In this document: piece after piece, positions 10,750-20,656 of the stretch | How positions within the stretch are numbered: position 1 is the stretch's first letter | Layout of the letters: the number at the start of each line of letters is the position of its first letter | Assembly: GCA_012961925.1 (NCBI GenBank) | Contig: DTYK01000300.1 | Location: forward strand, 1-37,605 | Direction: 5' to 3' | From: Candidatus Latescibacterota bacterium | Lineage (GTDB): Bacteria; Latescibacterota; MVCY01; DTYK01 | DNA: 37,605 nucleotides | Made by a program: the position numbers and the translations under genes | Notes under the pieces: model-generated | Told to the model about the DNA's origin: nothing | The model's input: the letters and a program-made list of their open reading frames with translations, nothing else | Database searches by the model: none

Positions 10750-12006
10750 CTATTCCCTTATCTGGCCATCGCCGTAAACCACCCATTTGTAGGTTGTCAG
10801 GTCTTCCACGCCCATTGGACCTCTTGCATGGAGCTTGTCTGTTGAGATACCGATCTCAGCACCGAGGCCATAAACGCCTCCGTCTGAGAGTCTGGTTGAG
10901 GCATTGACCATCACCGATGAGGAGTCTACACCGGTTATGAACCTCCGTGCCTTTGAATAATTCTCGGTTATGATTGCGTCGGTATGGGCGGATCCGTATC
11001 TGTTGATATGATCGATTGCTTCATCAAGCGTGTCAACAAGCTTTACGGAGAGGATCAGATCGAGGTACTCCGCATGCCAGTCGTCCTCTGTAGCCTCTTT
11101 GACCTGCGGAGCAATCCGCCTTGTCCTCTCACACCCCTTTATCTCGACCCCGGCCTCAGCGAGGCGTTCGAACATCTTCGGGATGAAGGCTTCGGCAATC
11201 CCAACGTTGATCAGAAGCGTCTCCATAGCATTGCAGACACCCGGTCGTTGGACCTTGGCATTAAAACATATCTCTTCGGCCATTTTAAGATCCGCTTCGT
11301 TGTCGACGTAGATATGACAGATACCCTCATAATGTTTGATCACAGGAATCCTTGAGTTTTCGACGACGGCCCTGATTAAATCCTTTCCCCCTCGGGGGAT
11401 GACCAGATCGATCAAGCCTTCGGCCTGCAGCATCTCAGTAACCGCCGTCCTGTCCGTCGTCTCGATCATCCCAAGTGCACCATCCGGTATCCCTGCCGAA
11501 GAGGCTGCATCAGAAAGGATCTTCCCCAGGCAGATATTGGAATTGATGGCTTCTGATCCCCCCCGCAGGATGACCGCATTTCCCGCCTTGAGGCAGAGAC
11601 CTGCTGCATCCGCTGTCACGTTTGGGCGGGATTCGTAGATTATTCCTATAACACCTATGGGTACTCTCATCCTTCCAACCAGTATCCCGCTTGGGCGCCT
11701 CACCATCCCATGAATCGAGCCGACAGGGTCAGGAAGAGCGGCAATTTCCCTCAGACCCTGGGCCATTCCCGTGATCCTTTTGTCATTTAATTCCAGCCGG
11801 TCGATCATCGCCCTGGATAGACCCTTCTGTTCCGCCTGAGCCAGATCCCTTGCATTCTCGGCCTTAATCCTTTCCCTCTTCTCTTCAATCGCATCGGCCA
11901 TCCTCATCAGGGCATCATCCTTGGCCTTTGTGGGAATATAAGCCAACCGGAGGGAGGCAGCCTTGGCCACTCGGGCTTTTTCTATGATATACTCCCGGAT
12001 CTCCAT
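10750..12006 (-). CDS. proA: Gamma-glutamyl phosphate reductase
   Basis: ProA signatures are present (AENARDL, IYESRPNVT.DAA.LCLK.GNAVILRGG, GAEIGISTDKLHARGPMG). The track starts at a GTG (12030). The ATG at 12006 has a GGAGGA Shine-Dalgarno 7 nt upstream, so I prefer it. Confidence 0.93.
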   Translation of the reverse strand: MEIREYIIEKARVAKAASLRLAYIPTKAKDDALMRMADAIEEKRERIKAENARDLAQAEQKGLSRAMIDRLELNDKRITGMAQGLREIAALPDPVGSIHGMVRRPSGILVGRMRVPIGVIGIIYESRPNVTADAAGLCLKAGNAVILRGGSEAINSNICLGKILSDAASSAGIPDGALGMIETTDRTAVTEMLQAEGLIDLVIPRGGKDLIRAVVENSRIPVIKHYEGICHIYVDNEADLKMAEEICFNAKVQRPGVCNAMETLLINVGIAEAFIPKMFERLAEAGVEIKGCERTRRIAPQVKEATEDDWHAEYLDLILSVKLVDTLDEAIDHINRYGSAHTDAIITENYSKARRFITGVDSSSVMVNASTRLSDGGVYGLGAEIGISTDKLHARGPMGVEDLTTYKWVVYGDGQIRE

Positions 12007-12072
12007 TGCTGAATCCTCCTGCCTTGACACGAATTTTAAGATCTCGCATTATGAAGCAAGGTTAGAGGAGGC

Positions 12073-13200
12073 TCATAACACCACCAGATTATCCCTATGG
12101 ATAACCTCCTCGTAGTAGCAGTAACCTAAAATATCCTCGATCTGGTAGGACTTCTTTCCCAAGATCATCTTTACCTCATCAGAAGAGTAGTTAACCAATC
12201 CCCTTGCGATCTCTTTCCCCGACCGGTCTTCGATTCCCACCGCTTCCCCGGTTTTAAATTTACCTTGGACGTCCACAATACCTGAAGGCAAAAGGCTTTT
12301 GCCTCTCCCGACTATTGCGTTGATAGCGCCCTCGTCGGCGATCAGCGATCCCTTCTTCTCCAGCGTAAAGGCTATCCACCTCTTTCTGCAACTCATCCGG
12401 TCTCCCTGGGGTAGGAAGAGTGTACCGATCTGTTTACCTTCGAGGATGTCGATCAGACTATCCTTTCGGCCATTTGCGATCACCATCATCTCCCCCGAGG
12501 AGGTGACGATCTTAGCAGCCTGGATCTTCGTTTTCATCCCCCCTATAGCATACTCTCTCCCCGCCTTTCCCGCAAATCTCTCTATCTGGAGTGTGATCTC
12601 CGACACCGTGCTTATAAGGGAGACATCAGGACATTTTCGGGGATCTCCGGAGAGGAGCCCATCTATGTCGGACATAATGATCAATAGATCGGCATCTATG
12701 AGGTTGGCGACCTGGGCTGAAAGGGAGTCGTTATCTCCGACCCGGATCTCCTCCGTCGCCACGCTGTCGTTTTCATTGACTATAGGGATAATGCCATAGC
12801 CCCACAGGGTCAGAAGAGTATTCCTGGCATTGAGGTATCGTTGCCTGTCCTTGAGGTCGTCGGCCGTGAGGAGTATCTGGGCAATGGTAAGTCCATGTTG
12901 CTCGAAGGCGACCTGATAGTTGTGCATAAGTCGATTCTGGCCGACGGCTGCAGCCGCCTGGAGCTGTGGAATAGACCGTGGCCGGGTCTTGAGGGAGAGC
13001 TGTCCCATCCCGGCACTGATAGCCCCTGAGGAGACGAGTATGATGTCGGTCCCCCGACGCCTCAATTCTGCTATCTCGCCTGCTAATCGTTGGATATAGC
13101 CTATATCAAGGTCATCACCCGACGTGAGGACGCTGGTACCGACTTTAACTACCACCTTACGGATGTTTTTAAATCTCTCCCTCCTGTTCATCATCACCAT
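12073..13200 (-). CDS. proB: Glutamate 5-kinase with C-terminal PUA domain
   Basis: 375 aa. Diagnostic stretches are VVKVGTSVLT, LVSSGAI.AG and NENDSVATEEI.VGDND.LSA, with a PUA-like C-terminus (G.L.AD.GA..A....GKSLLP.GI). Confidence 0.93.
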   Translation of the reverse strand: MVMMNRRERFKNIRKVVVKVGTSVLTSGDDLDIGYIQRLAGEIAELRRRGTDIILVSSGAISAGMGQLSLKTRPRSIPQLQAAAAVGQNRLMHNYQVAFEQHGLTIAQILLTADDLKDRQRYLNARNTLLTLWGYGIIPIVNENDSVATEEIRVGDNDSLSAQVANLIDADLLIIMSDIDGLLSGDPRKCPDVSLISTVSEITLQIERFAGKAGREYAIGGMKTKIQAAKIVTSSGEMMVIANGRKDSLIDILEGKQIGTLFLPQGDRMSCRKRWIAFTLEKKGSLIADEGAINAIVGRGKSLLPSGIVDVQGKFKTGEAVGIEDRSGKEIARGLVNYSSDEVKMILGKKSYQIEDILGYCYYEEVIHRDNLVVL

Positions 13201-13201
13201 C

Positions 13202-14218
13202 CTAAAGGTGTTTGCCTTCCAGCTCCAGGTACCTCCTGATCTCCTTCATCATGACTTCAAACTGCTCTGGTAACAGCGACTGGGGCCCATCAGAATACGC
13301 CTCTTCGGGGTTGGGATGGACCTCGATCATCAGGCCGTCGGCACCTGCGGCAACAGCGGCCTTGGACATCGGGACAACCAGACTTCTCATGCCACACCCA
13401 TGACTTGGATCCACAATCACCGGTAGATGGGACAATTCCTTCAACATAGGTACCGCTGAAAGATCAAGGGTGTTCCGTGTATACTCCTCAAAGGTTCGGA
13501 TCCCCCTCTCGCAGAGGATGACCTCGCTGTTACCTTCCGCTATCACGTACTCGGCAGACATCAGAAGTTCCTTGACGGTTGCCATCATCCCCCTCTTAAG
13601 CAGGACAGGTTTGTTGACCTTACCGAGTTGCCGCAGAAGGGGGGAGTTCATCATATTACGCGCCCCTACCTGAAGGATGTCGGCATACTGAGCGACCAGA
13701 GGGATGTCTTCCGGTGTGAGAACTTCGGTCACAATTGCAAGGCCGGTCTGTTCTCTTGCCTCGGCCAGAAGTTCTAAGCCCTCTTTCTGAAGGCCCTGAA
13801 AGCTGTAAGGTGAGGTCCTTGGCTTGAAGGCGCCTCCACGCAGGAACGTTGCACCGGCCTTCTTTACCTCTTTAGCAGTACTCATTATCTGGTCCCTGCT
13901 CTCTACAGCACATGGGCCAGCGATAACCACAAACTGGTTCCCACCGATCTGGATGTCGCCAACCCGTATTATCGTACGCTCTTTTTTAAGTTCTCTCCCC
14001 GCTAATTTGAAGGGATGGAGGATCGGTACGACTCTTTCAACCCCCTCAAGTGACTCCAAAGACTGCAGCCTCACCTTACCCCTTTCGTCTCCAATGGCGC
14101 CGATGACCGTTCTCTCAACCCCATAGATAGGGTGTGGCCTGTAGCCCAGATCCTTAATCCGGTCGCAGACATGTTTAATCTGCTCCTTCGTGGCGCCCCT
14201 CTTCATTACGACTATCAT
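13202..14218 (-). CDS. aroF: 3-deoxy-7-phosphoheptulonate (DAHP) synthase, type I-beta with N-terminal ferredoxin-like regulatory domain
   Basis: 338 aa. It is near-colinear with Thermotoga-type DAHP synthase: MIVVMK...[52 protein letters not shown] and VDPSH. Confidence 0.9.
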   Translation of the reverse strand: MIVVMKRGATKEQIKHVCDRIKDLGYRPHPIYGVERTVIGAIGDERGKVRLQSLESLEGVERVVPILHPFKLAGRELKKERTIIRVGDIQIGGNQFVVIAGPCAVESRDQIMSTAKEVKKAGATFLRGGAFKPRTSPYSFQGLQKEGLELLAEAREQTGLAIVTEVLTPEDIPLVAQYADILQVGARNMMNSPLLRQLGKVNKPVLLKRGMMATVKELLMSAEYVIAEGNSEVILCERGIRTFEEYTRNTLDLSAVPMLKELSHLPVIVDPSHGCGMRSLVVPMSKAAVAAGADGLMIEVHPNPEEAYSDGPQSLLPEQFEVMMKEIRRYLELEGKHL

Positions 14219-14222
14219 AATT

Positions 14223-14945
14223 TTACACCAGCCCTATGACCTCCCTCAGGTTCACCTTCCCCTCGTACAGCGCCTTTCCAACAATTACGCCGTCTATCCC
14301 GAACTTCTCCATTTTGGCAATATGCAGGATATCTTCGGTCGAGGAGATGCCCCCGGAGATGATCACTTTTAACCCGCTTTTCTGGGCTAAAGTCCCTGAC
14401 ATTTCAAGATTTGGTCCAGTCATCATCCCATCTCTTTCGATATCCGTATAAATGATCCGTTCCACTCCCAGGTCTTTAACTTTTAACGCGAGGTCAATCG
14501 CAGAAACCTCCAAGACCTCCTTCCAACCCTTGACCGCCACCATCCCTGCTCTTGCATCAATTCCCACCACAACTCTTCTTGGACCAAAGCGGTCTATAGC
14601 CCGTTTTAGCAGCTCGGGATCATGGACGGCCACGGTTCCTATTACAACCCGATCGAGTCCCAGGGCGAGGAGCCTCGATATCGAACCCTGATCTCGGATC
14701 CCGCCTCCCAGTTCCAAAGGGATATCGACCGCTTCAAGGATCCTTTTCACTGCCGGAAGGTTTCTCGGCCCACCTTCAAACGCCCCGTCCAGATCGACCA
14801 GATGGAGGTAACAGGCTCCCTCTGCCTGCCATCTCAAGGCGACCTCGACGGGATCATCAGAGTAGACTGTCACCTTATCTGCTCTGCCCTGTACGAGACT
14901 AACACATCTGCCATCTTTAAGGTCTATGGATGGGATTATTAACAT
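14223..14945 (-). CDS. hisA: ProFAR isomerase HisA
   Basis: 240 aa. Diagnostic stretches are [30 protein letters not shown] and YTDI.RDGM..G.N...GGIS. Its ATG overlaps the proC stop (TAATG). Confidence 0.93.
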   Translation of the reverse strand: MLIIPSIDLKDGRCVSLVQGRADKVTVYSDDPVEVALRWQAEGACYLHLVDLDGAFEGGPRNLPAVKRILEAVDIPLELGGGIRDQGSISRLLALGLDRVVIGTVAVHDPELLKRAIDRFGPRRVVVGIDARAGMVAVKGWKEVLEVSAIDLALKVKDLGVERIIYTDIERDGMMTGPNLEMSGTLAQKSGLKVIISGGISSTEDILHIAKMEKFGIDGVIVGKALYEGKVNLREVIGLV

Positions 14946-15769
14946 TATCTCTTCCCCAGCTCACGTGACCTTTTCGTTGCTGCTTCAACGGCGCTGATAA
15001 GGGCATCCCTGAACCCCTTTGCCTCCAGTTGACAGAGGCCAGCGATAGTGGTTCCGCCTGGAGATGACACCTTATCCTTAAGTATCGCCGGATGCTCACC
15101 TGTCTGGGCCGCCAACTTGGCTGCCCCGAGTGTCGTATGAACGGCCAGTTTCTGAGCGACATCCCTTGGAAGTCCCAGCTTAACGCCTCCATCTGCCAGG
15201 GCTTCTATCATAGTAAACACATAGGCAGGTCCGCTGCCGGAAAGGCCGGTCACAACGTCGATCTGCTCCTCCTCAACGGTCACCACATCCCCCACCGAGC
15301 GGAATATGTCGACGGCAATCTGGATATGTTCTGGCCTGGCATGTTTGCCGGCGCAGAGTGCAGAAATCCCCTCTCCAACTGTCACCGCTATATTTGGCAT
15401 CACCCTCACCACGGGAGTCGCGTGGGTTAATCTCCCCTCGATGGCGGATAAGCTGATACCGGCAGCAATTGATATCAGCAACTTGCTGGGTAGAAGTTGT
15501 TCTCCGATCTGGTCCAGGACTCCATAGATCACCTGAGGTTTAACCGCAAGGATGACGGTATCCGCAACATCGACCGCCTCTTCATTGTCCTTTGATATCT
15601 GGACCTTCCAACGTTTCTCCAGCTCGCTAAGCCTCTCGCCGTCGATGTCGGTGACTATCAGATCGCCGGCTTTTCTCAGCCCTCTTCCCACTATACCGGC
15701 AACAAGGGCCCCGCCCATATTGCCAGCCCCTATAATCGCGATTCTTCCGTTGGTTATTTGCAATGTCAC
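14945..15769 (-). CDS. proC: Pyrroline-5-carboxylate reductase
   Basis: 274 aa. Diagnostic stretches are IAIIGAGNMGGAL, AVKPQ, SGSGPAY and SPGGTT. The track start is a GTG at 15769. A TTG at 15763 has better Shine-Dalgarno spacing (GGAGG plus 5 nt), so the start is uncertain by 2 codons. Confidence 0.92.
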   Translation of the reverse strand: MTLQITNGRIAIIGAGNMGGALVAGIVGRGLRKAGDLIVTDIDGERLSELEKRWKVQISKDNEEAVDVADTVILAVKPQVIYGVLDQIGEQLLPSKLLISIAAGISLSAIEGRLTHATPVVRVMPNIAVTVGEGISALCAGKHARPEHIQIAVDIFRSVGDVVTVEEEQIDVVTGLSGSGPAYVFTMIEALADGGVKLGLPRDVAQKLAVHTTLGAAKLAAQTGEHPAILKDKVSSPGGTTIAGLCQLEAKGFRDALISAVEAATKRSRELGKR

Positions 15770-15887
15770 CTCCGGGTAAGCTGGGAGATGTCTAACCTAA
15801 CGAAGCTTCGCCTCAACCCGACGAGACTTCGCTTGAAATTGCAAAGTGCAAAAGTCGGTGGGGTTTCATGCCACAAGGTAGTAGTGG

Positions 15888-16814
15888 TCATTGGTACACA
15901 AAGTCGAGCCACCCGTGGCGATCCTCCTTCTCCCCATATGCAATAGCAAGGAATTCCCTTTGTAACCTTTCGGTTATGGGCCCCCTTTTTCCTTCCCCTA
16001 TTTCTATCCTGTCGATAGAGCGTATCGGCACTATCTCTGCAGCGCTGCCGGTCAGGAAGACTTCATCCGCAATATATAGGGCTTCCCTCACGACTGGCTC
16101 TTCTCTCACTTCAATGCCGAGGTCATCGGCCAGGGTTACAACGGAGCGCCTGGTGATGCCTGGAAGGATGGAAGCCGAAAGGGGAGGGGTGTATAGCACC
16201 CCACGCTTCACGAGAAATATATTCTCTCCGCTTCCCTCGCTGACGTAACCATAGATGTCAAGGCCAATCCCTTCTGCATAGCCGTCTGCCATTGCCTCCA
16301 ACTTTATAAGCTGGGAGTTCATGTAATTTGCGCCGACCTTGGCCAGGGAGGGGAGGGTGTTCGGTGCCATTCTATTCCAGGAAGAGATCCGGACGGCGAT
16401 ACCCTTCTGGTCAGAATCCGCACCCAGGTATTTCCCCCACCGCCAGACAGCGATGGCGACATCGACCGGACAGGTAGTTGGATCCACACCAAGGGACCCG
16501 TACCCCCTGAAGACGATCGGCCGTACATAGCAACCCCTGAGGTTGTTAGCCTTGATCGTTTCCAAGGTTGCTCCGAAGATCTCCTCCTTTGAATAGGGGA
16601 TCTCCATCCGATATATCTTACAGGAGTCGAACAGCCGATCTATATGGTCGCGGAGGCGGAAACAGGCCGGACCACGTTTGGTGTCATAGCACCTTAACCC
16701 CTCAAAGATGCTTGATCCATAGTGTACCACATGGGAAAGCACGTGTATCTTAGCATCCTCCCAGTCCACCAGCTTTCCGTTAAACCAGATCTTCTCTGCC
16801 TTTGGAAACGCCAT
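15888..16814 (-). CDS. ilvE: Branched-chain amino acid aminotransferase (class IV)
   Basis: 308 aa. Diagnostic stretches are IWFNGKLV.WEDAKIHVLSH..HYG.S.FEG.R.Y, AK..ANY..S.L, EG.GEN.F and PGITR. Confidence 0.93.
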   Translation of the reverse strand: MAFPKAEKIWFNGKLVDWEDAKIHVLSHVVHYGSSIFEGLRCYDTKRGPACFRLRDHIDRLFDSCKIYRMEIPYSKEEIFGATLETIKANNLRGCYVRPIVFRGYGSLGVDPTTCPVDVAIAVWRWGKYLGADSDQKGIAVRISSWNRMAPNTLPSLAKVGANYMNSQLIKLEAMADGYAEGIGLDIYGYVSEGSGENIFLVKRGVLYTPPLSASILPGITRRSVVTLADDLGIEVREEPVVREALYIADEVFLTGSAAEIVPIRSIDRIEIGEGKRGPITERLQREFLAIAYGEKEDRHGWLDFVYQ

Positions 16815-16851
16815 ACCTGTCTCCTGGTTTGATGTATTGAACGTGTCCTTC

Positions 16852-18555
16852 CTATCTTAGATCCTTCACTCTCAAAAGCATCCTTTTTTCGCCCTGCCAT
16901 TCATCTTCATCGATAACGTAGACCATATCCAGGTTTGCTTCACCTGGTGTCAGCCGATATATAAGTTCGCCCATGCCAAAGCCGATGCAACTAAGTACCT
17001 TTCCGTTCTGACGGACCTTGAACTTAAGGTGGTCCCTGCCCACCACAACCGGGGTGCCGACCACCTCCAGTTTGTATGAGACCATTGTTGGTCGGGGATT
17101 CTGTGGGCCGAAGGGGGCGAAGTATCTTAACAGTCGGACAAGCCGTTCATCTATCTGGTCGAGTGTGATCTCCCCTTCTATCTTAAGTTTTGGTCCCAGC
17201 CGTTCTCCGGTCAGCATTGATTTTGCCACGTTCTGGAACGATTCCCTGAACTCATCTATCTTCTTCTCCTCTATAGTCAGTCCGGCGGCATATCTATGGC
17301 CACCGAAGGCCATGAGGGTATCCCTGCATTCCCTCAGGGCAAAGTAGAGGTCAAATTCGGGGATGCTCCTGCCCGATCCTTTCCCTATGTCTTTATCGAT
17401 AGAGATCAGGATTGTGGGGAGATAAAATCTCTCGACGATCCTCGAGGCCACTATACCGATCACGCCGGGATGCCACCCTTCTGAGGCCAATACTATTGCT
17501 CTATCCTCATCTGGTTGGCAGGTCTCCTCTACCATACGGGAGGCTTCAGCAAACGTCCGCTCATCCATCCCCTTTCTTCTCCTGTTCTCTATTTCCAGGA
17601 TATCTGCGATTTGCACTGCCTCCGCTTCGTCCTCCGTGGTCAACATCCGGACTGCCCTCTCAGCACTCCCCATCCTGCCTCCAGCATTGATCCTTGGAGC
17701 AACTATAAAGAGAAGATGCCCGGTTCCTAAGACCTTGCCCTTCAATCCGACGTTTTCAAGGAGAGCCTGCAACCCCGGGTTTTCCGTTTTCGCCATCCTT
17801 TGAATGCCATGTTTGACCAATACCCTATTCTCGTCGATAAGCGGAACCACATCGGCCGCTGTCCCAAGGGCTACCAGATCGAGATGGCGATAAAGCTCGT
17901 CTTTATCCAGCCCTCTGCCTTCAAAGAGGGCCTCTGTCAGCTTAAAGGCGATGCCAACTCCCGCCAATTCTTTGAAAGGATAGGAGCAGTTATACCTCTT
18001 TGGATCCAATACAGCAACAGCCTCAGGCAGCCGATCGCCAGGCTGATGATGGTCGGTGATGATTACGTCGATACCCAGTTTTTTGGCCAGCCGGACCTCT
18101 TCGATGGCTGTTATCCCGCAGTCAACCGTTATCATCAGATCGATGTCGTTTTGATCTGCCTCCGTTATCCCCTGTGCTGAGACCCCATAGCCCTCGGTCA
18201 GTCTGTCTGGTATGTAGAACGATACCCTTGTCCCGAGACCTCGGAGGATCCACAGGAGATAAGAGACGGCGGTCACCCCATCCACATCGTAGTCTCCGTA
18301 TATCAATATCTTTTCATTGGCGTCGATCGCCCTGCTCAGCCTCTCCGCTGCCCTCTCCATGTCCGCCATTAGAAAAGGGTTGTTCAGATCCTCTAACAGG
18401 GGCTTAAGAAACCTCCGAGAGCCCTCGAAGTCCTCTATCCCCCGATTCAGCAGGATCTGAGCGATGATCGGTGGAACACCTAACTCGCTCTCAAGCCTTT
18501 TTAAAAGGGGAGGATTTGGCTCCTGTGCCAGGACCCAGCAATATTCGGTTCCCAT
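16852..18555 (-). CDS. recJ: Single-stranded-DNA-specific exonuclease RecJ
   Basis: 567 aa with DHH motifs (IYGDYDVDGVT, TVDCG, ITDHHQPG), a DHHA1 motif (GGH..AAG) and a C-terminal OB-like region. Confidence 0.93.
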   Translation of the reverse strand: MGTEYCWVLAQEPNPPLLKRLESELGVPPIIAQILLNRGIEDFEGSRRFLKPLLEDLNNPFLMADMERAAERLSRAIDANEKILIYGDYDVDGVTAVSYLLWILRGLGTRVSFYIPDRLTEGYGVSAQGITEADQNDIDLMITVDCGITAIEEVRLAKKLGIDVIITDHHQPGDRLPEAVAVLDPKRYNCSYPFKELAGVGIAFKLTEALFEGRGLDKDELYRHLDLVALGTAADVVPLIDENRVLVKHGIQRMAKTENPGLQALLENVGLKGKVLGTGHLLFIVAPRINAGGRMGSAERAVRMLTTEDEAEAVQIADILEIENRRRKGMDERTFAEASRMVEETCQPDEDRAIVLASEGWHPGVIGIVASRIVERFYLPTILISIDKDIGKGSGRSIPEFDLYFALRECRDTLMAFGGHRYAAGLTIEEKKIDEFRESFQNVAKSMLTGERLGPKLKIEGEITLDQIDERLVRLLRYFAPFGPQNPRPTMVSYKLEVVGTPVVVGRDHLKFKVRQNGKVLSCIGFGMGELIYRLTPGEANLDMVYVIDEDEWQGEKRMLLRVKDLR

Positions 18556-18665
18556 CTTTTCTACCTATCTTCTAAGCTCTCAAGCTGGCAAATTTTTATT
18601 CAGATTCGGGAGACACTTAATGAACAATGAGACAGCCAGTCGGTGAGTCCGTTGTCTCTCAGCAT

Positions 18666-19679
18666 TCAATTTCCCGAATCTGGGTTAAAGCTCATTAATA
18701 GCTTCCAAACAAGGAGTTCCATCAAAATCCGTTGATTTGTGCTCCTGGACTTCAATCTATTATCAGCTTCAAGCAGGGTGTTAAGACCATGTTTTAGGGC
18801 CTCAACGGAGAAGTTACTTGCCTGGGCAAGGAATTCATTGAAGAAGTATGGGTGTACCTTTGTCTTTTCAATAAGTTCTTCTCTGGAAGAGGTTGTTTTC
18901 TGCAGTTCCTTCAGTTTGAGCATGATCCTCAGGTGCCTTGCTATGGCCATGATGATTCTGGTAGCACCCTCTCCCGTCTCAAGCATCCTGTCCAGAACTG
19001 ATAGGGCCTTCCCTTTTTGCCTCCTGCCGATGGCATCTGTTAATTCAAATACGTTGTTGAGCTTCGAAGTTCCTACAACGGCCCCCACGTCGTCGAGCGT
19101 GATACAAGGCCTTTCTCCCACGAAGACAAGGAGCTTGTCAATCTCGTTTGCAAGACTTCTCAGATCTGTTCCGCAGCTTTCTAATAACAGGTAGGTTGCA
19201 TCGGATGATATCCTTTTGCCCTTTTTCATCACCTGTCTTCGAATCCACCCGGGAATCTGGTTCTGATAAAGGGGTCGGAATTCAACCACATATCCGGCCT
19301 TCTGGAGTTTTTTGAAAACCCCTCCCTTCGTGAGTTTTACCTTCTGGGCAGTCAATATCGCTATTGTGGATGACTTTGGTTTGGACACCGAATCGACCAG
19401 TGCCCCTAACGTTTCTTCTGGAAACCTGTTGCACTCCTTTAACACCACCACCCTACGGGTTCCCATCAATGGCAGGGAACAGGCTGCTTGCAATACGTGA
19501 CCCGGATCTACTTCATCAGCATGAAAGACGTCGAGGTTAAAATCCCTTGCTGAAGGCCCTAAAATCTTGTCAAGCAGGAGTGAGAGCGCCTCATCCCTCT
19601 GGAATTCTTCGCCTATCAAGAGGTAGACTGGAGAGAGTTGGTCTTGTTCGATCTTAGAGACGAATTGTTCAGGAGTCAC
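18666..19679 (-). CDS. holA: DNA polymerase III subunit delta
   Basis: 337 aa. It has SPVYLLIGEE at the N-terminus, matching the delta-subunit pattern, and a helical C-terminal domain. Its GTG start overlaps the stop of the upstream HU-TPR gene (GTGA). Confidence 0.85.
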   Translation of the reverse strand: MTPEQFVSKIEQDQLSPVYLLIGEEFQRDEALSLLLDKILGPSARDFNLDVFHADEVDPGHVLQAACSLPLMGTRRVVVLKECNRFPEETLGALVDSVSKPKSSTIAILTAQKVKLTKGGVFKKLQKAGYVVEFRPLYQNQIPGWIRRQVMKKGKRISSDATYLLLESCGTDLRSLANEIDKLLVFVGERPCITLDDVGAVVGTSKLNNVFELTDAIGRRQKGKALSVLDRMLETGEGATRIIMAIARHLRIMLKLKELQKTTSSREELIEKTKVHPYFFNEFLAQASNFSVEALKHGLNTLLEADNRLKSRSTNQRILMELLVWKLLMSFNPDSGN

Positions 19680-20593
19680 TGTTTCTTCTCCGATAGTTGG
19701 TCTGCTTTACGGTACATTGCTACAGCCTCGTCGCTACGGCCCTTTCGGTCGTAAAGCAGTCCCAGGTACCAATAGGCATTTCTGTTCTCCGGTTCTTTCT
19801 CAAGGAGATCTTTGAACATCTGAACGGCCTTATCGTACATTTTGAGCTGGGTATAGGAGGCACCGAGGTAGTAGTAAGGCCTTGGAGAATCCGGATTGAG
19901 CTTAACGGCCTTTTCCAGCTCTCCGATCGCTCTCTGGTAAAGCCCCTTTTTATACAGTGCTACGCCCATATTGTAGTGTGCCTCTGCACTTGATGGAGCA
20001 AGCTCAAGGGCCTTCTTGAATGCCTCTTCTGCCCGGCTCACCAGCCCCATCTCCCAGTAGACAGCGCCAAGGTTGTAATAGGCATCCACATTATCGGGTT
20101 GGAAATCGAGTATCTTCCTGTACTCCTCGATCGCCTTCCGATATTCGCCTATGGATTCATATACCAGTCCAAGGCTGTTGCGAGCCTCTATGTGGTGGGG
20201 GTCTTTGGAGAGGATCGACCGGAAGAGCTCGACCGCCCGTTCATTCTCTCCTGTTTTTGCAAAATAACTGGCTTCCTGATAGTCTCGCTCCAGAGCTGTC
20301 GTAAGGTCACCCAGACTTTCCGACACGGCCTCTTTGAAGCGAGCGTGAGGAAGGAACATCGGGACCTCTTTTTCCGGAATCTTGGTTATTTCTCCAGTAC
20401 CCGGATGTCTCACAGTTCTACTTTTTCTTTTCACAACCATAAAGGTTCCGAAGCCGCGAAGTTGGACCTTCTCATGCCTGCGCAGGGCATCCCTTATCGA
20501 GGATAACAGGAATTCAATAGCCTTTGTGACCTTAACAGCGTCAATCCCGGAGGCTTCTGTTACTGCTCTGACCAGATCTGCCTTTCTCATCAC
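19676..20593 (-). CDS. HU/IHF-type DNA-binding domain fused to about six TPR repeats
   Basis: 305 aa. Residues 1-95 are KADLVRAVTEASGIDAVKVTKAIEFLLSSIRDALRRHEKVQLRGFGTFMVVKRKSRTVRHPGTGEITKIPEKEVPMF, colinear with the HU fold including the beta-arm R.P.TG. Residues about 105-300 are canonical 34-aa TPRs (A..YY.LG..Y...G....A...). Confidence 0.85.
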   Translation of the reverse strand: MMRKADLVRAVTEASGIDAVKVTKAIEFLLSSIRDALRRHEKVQLRGFGTFMVVKRKSRTVRHPGTGEITKIPEKEVPMFLPHARFKEAVSESLGDLTTALERDYQEASYFAKTGENERAVELFRSILSKDPHHIEARNSLGLVYESIGEYRKAIEEYRKILDFQPDNVDAYYNLGAVYWEMGLVSRAEEAFKKALELAPSSAEAHYNMGVALYKKGLYQRAIGELEKAVKLNPDSPRPYYYLGASYTQLKMYDKAVQMFKDLLEKEPENRNAYWYLGLLYDRKGRSDEAVAMYRKADQLSEKKQ

Positions 20594-20656
20594 CGCTCCT
20601 CATATGGCCCTGAGATGAGAGTGATGTCATCGATTACCCCCCATCCATCAGCCCGT

